A stretch of DNA of 36,742 bases, taken from the IMG/VR virus record IMGVR_UViG_3300001487_000076, positions 1 through 36,742 of that record; one strand, given 5' to 3'. A program made the position numbers and the translations under genes. Origin of the DNA: a virus. This document shows, in pieces, positions 29,881 to 36,742 of the stretch; position 1 is the stretch's first letter, and each line of letters begins with the position of its first letter. The notes under the pieces were generated by a model. That model had not been told where the DNA came from, did no database searches, and saw nothing but the letters and a program-made list of their open reading frames with translations.

Positions 29881-30384
29881 ATGGCTAACGACTCAATTAT
29901 CACTACATTAAAAAATAAGTTAATAGAACAGATTCAAAACGACAAGCAGATTATAAACGCATTAGCGATTAATAAAGACGAAGATGAAGAAGATTTGTCT
30001 TATGTTAGACTATTCCCCTATTATTTTATTGAGCCTACCCAAGAAGAAGCTAAAACATATATATTTATTGAAGGTGCTATCAAAGCGGTGTGTGACAGAT
30101 TTAATGCATATAAGAATGAAGTTGTTTATGATGTATGCGAGATGTATATGTATGTAGTTTCACATCAATCAGTAATACGTATGGAAACTGCTGGACATTC
30201 TGCTGTTCGTACAGACCATATAACAGAGCTTCTTAGTCAAAAATTCAATGGTAAATATATAGCTGGAATTGGTACAATACAAAGAATAACAGATTTACCA
30301 GTGAATTTGAGTGATGTATACCGTTGTCGTGAAGTAAAGTTTGAGATTCTGGATTTCAATAAGGAGATGTGTGATAGTGATTGA
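29881..30384 (+). CDS. hypothetical head-tail joining module protein (167 aa)
   Basis: Track ORF with an AAAGGTGGA ribosome-binding site. Confidence 0.55.
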   Translation: MANDSIITTLKNKLIEQIQNDKQIINALAINKDEDEEDLSYVRLFPYYFIEPTQEEAKTYIFIEGAIKAVCDRFNAYKNEVVYDVCEMYMYVVSHQSVIRMETAGHSAVRTDHITELLSQKFNGKYIAGIGTIQRITDLPVNLSDVYRCREVKFEILDFNKEMCDSD

Positions 30385-31090
30385 AAACTTACATACATTA
30401 AGGGGAAGGGATTGTGAAATTGCCAAAGGTATTATTTTACGTCAGCCCAAACTTAGTGAAATCGAAGAATTAGGTGAAGAAAAATATTCTGGAATGTTAG
30501 CGATTTTAGTTAGTTCTCCTTTTGATATGATAGCTGAATTGGACAAGCTTAATATTGACTTTACTAAAATTACATCTTTTCAATTGTTTTGTGTCTTTTA
30601 TAAATTATTAGATGTTAAAGAAACGAAGCTATTATTTGGTGATTTAGATTTTTCAAAATTTAGGTTAATAGAGAATAATGGCAAGTTTGAGCTTAGATTT
30701 TATGATACTGTCATAAATGAGAAAATATACAAAGAAATAGTAGATGGCGTTCGTATAATAAATGCACTTTCTCCACCGCAGTATACACGAGTTGCTAATG
30801 AATATACGAAGCAAAAAATGATTGAACTTGCATATTCAGAAATGGAACTCGCCAAAAGAAGAAAGCCCAAGTCAATACTTAAAACTCTTGTTTCAAGGGC
30901 GACTAATCATCCTTATTTTAAATACAAATTAGATGAAGTATGGGATATGAGTGTCTATGCATTTTATGATGCTCTTAAAAGTATTAATATAATTGAAAAT
31001 TCAAACCATTTAAGTATTGGTGCGTACTCAGGAAATATTGATACGAGTAAAATAAATAAAAAAGAATTTAATTGGCTTAGAGAAGCCTAA
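30377..31090 (+). CDS. hypothetical tail-module protein (237 aa)
   Basis: Track ORF 30341..31090. I prefer the GTG at 30377, 9 nt after AAGGAGA. It overlaps the previous stop by 8 nt. Confidence 0.5.
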   Translation: MIENLHTLRGRDCEIAKGIILRQPKLSEIEELGEEKYSGMLAILVSSPFDMIAELDKLNIDFTKITSFQLFCVFYKLLDVKETKLLFGDLDFSKFRLIENNGKFELRFYDTVINEKIYKEIVDGVRIINALSPPQYTRVANEYTKQKMIELAYSEMELAKRRKPKSILKTLVSRATNHPYFKYKLDEVWDMSVYAFYDALKSINIIENSNHLSIGAYSGNIDTSKINKKEFNWLREA

Positions 31091-31108
31091 AGAAAGGAAG
31101 GTAATAAT

Positions 31109-31945
31109 ATGGCAATTACAACTTCTCAGCTTATTGTTGATAAGGTTATTAGAGTTACGGGTCGTGACATCGTAACCGCAGAACCGCTTTTTATTACAGG
31201 ACAGGTTAACGACCCTTCTCTCCAGTGCGATGCACAGGAAGTAATTAAGAATGATGCAGAGGGTACTCCTATTGCTAAATGGATGAACGCAAAGACAGCT
31301 TCGTTCAGTGGTGCAGAGACTTTCTGGAATCTTGACCTTTTCTCTCAGCAGCTTAACGGAGAGGAAAAGACAATTGGTACAACTGGAAATGGTGTAATCG
31401 TACCTCTTACCGAGGAAAAGAAGTATGTTGCTGGTGATACTTTTACCGAGTATACACTTAAACATTCTGCTGCCAATAAGGGTACAACTGCAAATCCTGA
31501 GTACAGAATTACTGTATGTACACTTGGTAAGGACGGTGCAAGAAATAAGACATTCAAACTTGGTGCAGAGGCAGCAGCAGGAGTATTTACATATACATCA
31601 GCTACTCATAAGATTACTTTTGCAGAGGGAGATATTGTAGAGGGAGACAAGCTTTTTGTACAGTATGATTATAACTCTGAGGATTGTGTGGCAATCTTCG
31701 ATTCTGCTGACAAGTTCCCTAAGAACATGGAAATGGTAGTTGAAATTCTTTGTCACCCTATTTGTGATACAAATATGGCTATTGCTGGTTACGCCATATT
31801 CCCCAAAGCACAGCTTTCCGCTTCTGTTACAGATAATTTTGGTAGAACTGATACATTCCCATTCTCATTCTCTGCACAGCAGGATTATTGCGATGGTAAT
31901 AAGCAGCTCTTTAGAATCGTATTTCCTACACTTCCTACTGTTTAA
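31109..31945 (+). CDS. major tail (tube) protein (278 aa)
   Basis: It has an AGAAAGGAAGGT ribosome-binding site and a Gly/Thr/Ala-rich beta-type composition, and it lies upstream of the tape measure region. Confidence 0.55.
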   Translation: MAITTSQLIVDKVIRVTGRDIVTAEPLFITGQVNDPSLQCDAQEVIKNDAEGTPIAKWMNAKTASFSGAETFWNLDLFSQQLNGEEKTIGTTGNGVIVPLTEEKKYVAGDTFTEYTLKHSAANKGTTANPEYRITVCTLGKDGARNKTFKLGAEAAAGVFTYTSATHKITFAEGDIVEGDKLFVQYDYNSEDCVAIFDSADKFPKNMEMVVEILCHPICDTNMAIAGYAIFPKAQLSASVTDNFGRTDTFPFSFSAQQDYCDGNKQLFRIVFPTLPTV

Positions 31946-31962
31946 TTGACGGGGTGGTTTGA

Positions 31963-32271
31963 TTGAAACGTAAATGTTGGATTTGTGGTAATGAATATGA
32001 TTTTTGTGTTCCTTGTCATGAACGTGGTAGTTGGAAGGCGGTGGCGTGTTCACATGGACATTACCAAATTCTTACTATTATAAGAGAGTATCGTGAGGGA
32101 ATCATTAACGCAAAAGAAGCAACAATGATGTTTGCAAATATAGGAATAACGGCAGATACAGAACTTGATTGTTTAAGTGAAGTCACATCAAGAATTAAAA
32201 GTATTATAGCCGAAGGAACACCTAAAAGAGTTGTAAAAAAGAAGTCAGAAGAAATTTCTGAGGAAGAATAA
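31963..32271 (+). CDS. small Cys/His-rich (zinc-binding-like) protein with an acidic tail (102 aa)
   Basis: It has a TTG start after GGGGTGG, and CWICGNEYDFCVPCHERGSWKAVACSHGH is present. Confidence 0.5.
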   Translation: MKRKCWICGNEYDFCVPCHERGSWKAVACSHGHYQILTIIREYREGIINAKEATMMFANIGITADTELDCLSEVTSRIKSIIAEGTPKRVVKKKSEEISEEE

Positions 32272-32277
32272 TATGAA

Positions 32278-32320
32278 AGAGGGGTAAGTTAATTACGATT
32301 GGCTTATCCCTCTTTTTTTT
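32278..32320 (+). terminator. intrinsic terminator inside the tail module
   Basis: agaggggtaag / cttatccctct forms an 11-bp stem with one G-U pair, followed by T8. Confidence 0.75.
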
Positions 32321-32337
32321 AAAGGAGGAGTGTGACA

Positions 32338-32832
32338 ATGATTATAATTTCGGTTGACCAAGCTACGATAAACACAGCCCTATCAGTTTGGGTTGATGGT
32401 AAACTCACAACCTATGAAAAAATAACTGCTGATAAAACAATTAAAGATTACAGGCGTTCTTTACAAATGGTTGACCTAATTATGGAAAGAGTTAATAAAT
32501 ACAAACCTGATATGGTTATTTTAGAGGACGCTTATTCAAGCGGAAATATTAAAACATTTGGTATGTTATCTTGCTTGCGTGGCATGACTATGGAAAGATT
32601 TACCGAAGAAGGTTTTCAGTTTGATATTGTAGCTCCTGTTACTTGGAAATCTTTTGCTAAGATAAAAGGTAAGCGACCAGAGCAAAAAAAGCAAAGCATA
32701 GCATTGGCTGAAAAAATATTTGGTATTGACTTAAAAATTAATGACAATAAAAAAGATGATGACATAGCTGACAGTATTAATATAGGCTGTTGGGCTGTGA
32801 ATAAATACGAAGGTATCAATCTTTATAAATAA
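32338..32832 (+). CDS. RuvC-like Holliday junction resolvase (164 aa)
   Basis: Track ORF 32332..32832; I prefer the ATG at 32338, 9 nt after AGGAGG. IISVDQAT (Asp), VILEDAY (Glu) and KKDDDIADSINIG (Asp pair) fit the phage/lactococcal RuvC-type motif order. Confidence 0.65.
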   Translation: MIIISVDQATINTALSVWVDGKLTTYEKITADKTIKDYRRSLQMVDLIMERVNKYKPDMVILEDAYSSGNIKTFGMLSCLRGMTMERFTEEGFQFDIVAPVTWKSFAKIKGKRPEQKKQSIALAEKIFGIDLKINDNKKDDDIADSINIGCWAVNKYEGINLYK

Positions 32833-32846
32833 AAAGGAGAATTATA

Positions 32847-33398
32847 ATGGCTAATATTTTTGATATTTTAAAGAGTTCACGAGATAAGGATGTCGAAACT
32901 ATAAAGATAAACAAAGTGAGTATCGAGGTACAGAATAGTCTTACAGTTGATGATTTCGCTTCTTGTGTATATTCAATTGCTGATAGTTGTTTTAACAAAA
33001 AAGGAGAATATAAGCCTGAGTATAGAGAAGTTGCAAAGCGTTGGGCGTATGTAAAGTTCTTTACCAACATTAGTCTTGATGGTATATCAATTGAAGAATT
33101 GTTCAAAGCATCTCAGGCAGAGTGGTGGAACGAACTTATGAAGCATATTGCATCAACACAGATTCATTATTATATTGAAAATGCGGTAGATGAAGTAATT
33201 CAGAGTAGACTTAGTTCTCGAAAAACTTCGTTTGATGTGTTATGTGATGAACTCGTAAATATGGCAAAGACAGATATGAGTGACCAGTTGAAGAACGCTT
33301 CGGATATTCTTAACAAACTTAACAGAGTTGACAAAAGAAAGTTTGTTAAAGCTGTAATTGACAACGCCAAGGGCGGTGAGCCTAATGGCAAGCATTAA
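32847..33398 (+). CDS. hypothetical protein in the tail assembly chaperone position (183 aa)
   Basis: Track ORF with an AAAAGGAGAATTATA ribosome-binding site. It is the second gene upstream of the tape measure gene. Confidence 0.5.
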   Translation: MANIFDILKSSRDKDVETIKINKVSIEVQNSLTVDDFASCVYSIADSCFNKKGEYKPEYREVAKRWAYVKFFTNISLDGISIEELFKASQAEWWNELMKHIASTQIHYYIENAVDEVIQSRLSSRKTSFDVLCDELVNMAKTDMSDQLKNASDILNKLNRVDKRKFVKAVIDNAKGGEPNGKH

Positions 33399-33945
33399 AG
33401 AACAACTTGCAAGAATAGCTCTCAAAAAAGTAAAGCTGTCCAATGGTGAAACATTAGATGAAACTATGGCACGTTTAGCCAAAAGTTTGTATAACCATAT
33501 ACAGTATTATATTGATAAATGGTATAACACTTACGACCCTATTGTGTATAAAAGAACATATCGTTATCAAGGTGCATTATATGCAGAGGACATAGCTGAC
33601 ATAAGAGTTGTTGGTGACACAATAAGAATTGCTGTTCGCTTTAATGATGAATTGTCTTGGCATACCAGTTTGTCCAAGTGGACATTTACTAATGACTTTA
33701 ATGAAACTACAAATTATACACCTTGGGCTACGCATGAATCTTATGTTCCTGTATTAATGGAATATGGTTGGACTGCGAGAAAATTAGAAGCACGTTTTTA
33801 CAAAAGAATAGAAAACTTCACTCACTTCGATGGCATACACGCAATTCAACGTGGTATATGGGATTTTTATAGAGAGCATCCCGATATGTATGGAAAGATT
33901 AAAATAAACGATAGATTGATTTTACATAGCTATCGGAAGGATTAA
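33385..33945 (+). CDS. hypothetical tail-module protein (186 aa)
   Basis: Track ORF 33358..33945. I prefer the ATG at 33385, 5 nt after GGTGAG. It lies immediately upstream of the tape measure gene. Confidence 0.5.
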   Translation: MASIKEQLARIALKKVKLSNGETLDETMARLAKSLYNHIQYYIDKWYNTYDPIVYKRTYRYQGALYAEDIADIRVVGDTIRIAVRFNDELSWHTSLSKWTFTNDFNETTNYTPWATHESYVPVLMEYGWTARKLEARFYKRIENFTHFDGIHAIQRGIWDFYREHPDMYGKIKINDRLILHSYRKD

Positions 33946-33961
33946 AGAAAGGGGTGATTGA

Positions 33962-36742
33962 ATGGCTGTCAATGATAATATAATAGAACTGATTGCAAAA
34001 CTCGATGAAGATAAATCAGTTAGGCAAATCGTAGATACAGATATACCTATAATTAGAGACAGAATTAATAATTCAAAGGCTTTGCAAATAAAATGTACTA
34101 TTGACAAAGATAGCATAAATGAGATTAAGAATCAGCTTAAAGATATTAAAATCAATGTTGGAAACATATCAAATTCTTCAAGTGCCGATGTTATTTCACA
34201 ATCTCAGGTTAAACAAATAAAAGAATATAATAAAGAAGTTAAAAACGCCACTGAAAATGCTATAGCTCTTAATAAAGCTCGAATGTCAAAAGGCTATTAC
34301 CCCAAGATTCCTTATACTGGCAATACCGATAAAACATTGGAAGTTGCTAAAAATACCGTTAATACATTTCTTGATGGAACTGGTGATGTTGCTTCAAGAG
34401 TTCGTAGAGCCAATGAAGATGCTACTCAGTCGTTACAATCATTTGTGGTTCAAGTAGAAAAAGAAAATGGTGCAATAGAGACTCTTACTTATAGTTTAAA
34501 CAAAGAAGCGAGAGTGTATGAGTATCTTGGCAAAACGATTCGTGAGGCTACCAACGCTACAACCTTTAGGCACGAAGGTGTTGACGTTCAAAAAGAGAAA
34601 CGTTTTTCAGATTTAGAAAAAATTATTAGTCAGTTAAAAACTGCTGAATTATATTCTACGACATTTGCTAACAGAATAAACGAACTAAAAACTGAATTGG
34701 CATCTGTAAATGATACCAATGGTATGAATAAATTTCTTGATAAGTTATCTGTTTTAAATTCTGATATATCTGCTATAAAAGCCGAAAATCAATATATGAA
34801 ATCAAAAATTCGTGATGAAGAACGAATAGTTGATTTAGCAAAGCAAGAAAAAGAGATACGAGAATCTGCACAACATAAATATTGGCAAGGACAATTTGAT
34901 GAAAGAATAAAAGCAATGACTGCTGAAAATCAAGTTCTTAAAGATATGAAGAAATACTATGAGGAACTTGATAGAATAACGAGAAATTTTAATTCTACAA
35001 AAACAAGTTTAAACGATAGAATTAGTACAAATATAAGTGGTCTTAGCTCTAAAACCACAAATATAACGTTCCGCAAAAATGCTAACAATATTGATGTACA
35101 GAACCAAATAGCTGAGATTCAGTCTTTAATTAGCGAGTATCAAAAGCTATCTTCCGAGTTGCAAACAGCAACTACGCCAGAAGCATTAGTTGCTATTCAA
35201 AACGAATTAGATAACTTGAAGCCAAAATTAAATACTGTTAACGATTCTACAAAACGGTTAATTGCATCCTTGAATGACAATGCAGCTCAAACAAAACTTG
35301 CTAACGGCATTAAGGGGCTGAGTGCATCCATGAACTCCTATGCACAACAGAATAAAAAAGTAATTAACTCTAATAAGCTAATGTCTGATGGTGTCACAAC
35401 ATTTGCTCAAAAATGGCAGGAACTTATTACAAGACTCAAATCGGAGAATTTGGATGAAAACGGACTTAAAGAGATTAATCAAGAGTTTGTTGTGCTAAAG
35501 AAAGAAGCTACTGCTGCTAATTTAACCATGAGTGCTTTCTTTAGAGATATGAGAACTCAGCTTAGTCAAGTCATTATGCAATGGATTTCTTTGCAAGGAG
35601 CTATTCGTACTATAAGGTCATTGATGAATGAAGTAGTTAATCTTGACAATGCAATGGTAGAATTGCGGAAAGTTACAGAGGCAAGTGATGAGGAATTTGA
35701 AGCATTTCAGAAGTCCGCTGCTTCAACCGCAAAAACATTAGGTGCAAGTGTTAGTGATGTCATTAATGCTACAAGTGTATTTAGTAGAGCTGGATTTAGC
35801 TTACCAGATGCCGAAGAACTTGGTAGGGTTGCAACGCTATACAAAAATGTTGGTGACGGGATAACTATAGATAGTGCTGCTGAATCTATTATCAGTATTA
35901 TGAAAGCGTTTAATTTAGAAGCTAAAGATTCAGAGCGTATTATAGACCGTATCAACAAGGTAAGTAATACGTTTGCTGTAGATTCTGGTGGACTTGGAGA
36001 GGCATTAAAACGAGTTTCATCAGCAATGGCAAGTGCTAATAATACACTTGACCAAACAATTGCGTTAACTACCGTTGCTAATGAAATTGTTCAAGACCCC
36101 GTTGCAGTTGCACAAGCATGGCGTACCGTTTCAATGAGAATTAGAGCTGCGAAAGCAGAACTCGAAGATGCTGGCGAAGATACCGAAGGAATGGTAGAAT
36201 CAACTGCAAAGCTCCAAGCAATGATAAAAAGCATGACTGGTGTAGACATCATGGTAGATAAAGATACATTCAAATCTACCTATGATATAATCAAAGAACT
36301 TGGTGCGGTATGGGGCAACCTTAAAGATATTGAGCAAGCACAGATTCTTGAAGCAATTGCAGGAAAGAGACAGGCTAACGTTGTAGCAAGTGCTTTGAGA
36401 AATTACGAAAAACTTGACGATGTATTACAGACATCTATCAAATCCGAAGGTTCTGCGATGCAAGAACAGGAGGAGTACTCAAAGTCAATTCAGTACTCAC
36501 TTGATACTCTGAAAGCTGCATATCAAGAATTTGCAAACACTGTTATTAACAATGAGTCTACAAAAAAAATGTTTGGAGTGGCTCAGAATTTCTTGGAAAT
36601 TATTACTAAGACAATTGATAAACTTGGTACATTCCCAACTTTAATGGCAGGATTGGGTGCAACTCTTAGTATAACAAAAGGTGTAGGTATATTCGGTGTT
36701 GAAGAAAATGCCAAAGAAGCAACAAGACAATTAACAATATTT
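33962..36742 (+). CDS. tail tape measure protein, TP901-family core (partial, runs off the right edge)
   Basis: It is not in the ORF track because it is open-ended. AAAGGGGTGATTGA precedes the ATG at 33962, and the frame stays open to 36742. It has a long coiled-coil N-part, followed by VELRKVTEASDEEFEAFQKSAASTAKTLGASVSDVINATSVFSRAGFSLPDAEELGRVATLYKNVGDG...QAQILEAIAGKRQANVVASAL, typical of the TMP core. Confidence 0.8.
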   Translation, partial: MAVNDNIIELIAKLDEDKSVRQIVDTDIPIIRDRINNSKALQIKCTIDKDSINEIKNQLKDIKINVGNISNSSSADVISQSQVKQIKEYNKEVKNATENAIALNKARMSKGYYPKIPYTGNTDKTLEVAKNTVNTFLDGTGDVASRVRRANEDATQSLQSFVVQVEKENGAIETLTYSLNKEARVYEYLGKTIREATNATTFRHEGVDVQKEKRFSDLEKIISQLKTAELYSTTFANRINELKTELASVNDTNGMNKFLDKLSVLNSDISAIKAENQYMKSKIRDEERIVDLAKQEKEIRESAQHKYWQGQFDERIKAMTAENQVLKDMKKYYEELDRITRNFNSTKTSLNDRISTNISGLSSKTTNITFRKNANNIDVQNQIAEIQSLISEYQKLSSELQTATTPEALVAIQNELDNLKPKLNTVNDSTKRLIASLNDNAAQTKLANGIKGLSASMNSYAQQNKKVINSNKLMSDGVTTFAQKWQELITRLKSENLDENGLKEINQEFVVLKKEATAANLTMSAFFRDMRTQLSQVIMQWISLQGAIRTIRSLMNEVVNLDNAMVELRKVTEASDEEFEAFQKSAASTAKTLGASVSDVINATSVFSRAGFSLPDAEELGRVATLYKNVGDGITIDSAAESIISIMKAFNLEAKDSERIIDRINKVSNTFAVDSGGLGEALKRVSSAMASANNTLDQTIALTTVANEIVQDPVAVAQAWRTVSMRIRAAKAELEDAGEDTEGMVESTAKLQAMIKSMTGVDIMVDKDTFKSTYDIIKELGAVWGNLKDIEQAQILEAIAGKRQANVVASALRNYEKLDDVLQTSIKSEGSAMQEQEEYSKSIQYSLDTLKAAYQEFANTVINNESTKKMFGVAQNFLEIITKTIDKLGTFPTLMAGLGATLSITKGVGIFGVEENAKEATRQLTIF

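Noticed and set aside
1-36742. Search for integrase/recombinase, a CI/Cro-type repressor pair, a holin/endolysin cassette, and DNA polymerase, primase or helicase.
   Set aside because: I could not recognise a convincing signature for any of these in the window, so I make no lysogeny, lysis or replisome calls. They may lie outside the window.

Overview
AT-rich window that reads as most of a tailed-phage (siphovirus-like) genome or prophage from a low-GC Firmicutes/Clostridia-type host. There are four blocks. (1) 1-7600: about 23 short, tightly packed minus-strand genes, almost all ORFans with strong AGGAGG-type ribosome-binding sites. The leftmost is an open-ended DUF262/ParB-like nuclease fragment. 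(2) 7600-9900: about 2.3 kb with no credible coding. It holds several consensus sigma-A promoters (TTGACA-17-TATAAT), a convergent promoter pair, intrinsic terminators, palindromes, an AT-rich TTAA-type tract, a G-less array of 10-bp phased repeats and an inverted repeat. I read it as the divergent early control region plus the replication origin. (3) 9900-19550 (plus strand): a winged-helix Rep-like initiator, small ORFs, a free-standing GIY-YIG homing endonuclease, a 954-aa YonO/QDE-1-like two-barrel single-subunit RNA polymerase (DFDSD loop), a ClpP homolog, a beta-CASP metallo-beta-lactamase nuclease, a small YonK-like protein and a calcineurin-like phosphoesterase with no canonical start codon. 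(4) 19545-20439 is a 0.9-kb noncoding, hairpin-dense block containing tRNA-Glu(UUC) and tRNA-Met(CAU). It is followed by the late module: Zn-ribbon proteins, terminase large subunit, portal, scaffold, major capsid, connector and tail genes, major tail protein, a RuvC-like resolvase inserted in the tail module, and an open-ended TP901-type tape measure protein. No integrase, lysis cassette, CRISPR array or rRNA is visible. The best leads are the phage RNAP and its neighbouring protease/nuclease genes, the tRNA-embedded structured-RNA candidate, and the architecture of the 2.3-kb control region. All functional calls come from motif recognition by eye and recalled family signatures; no searches were run.
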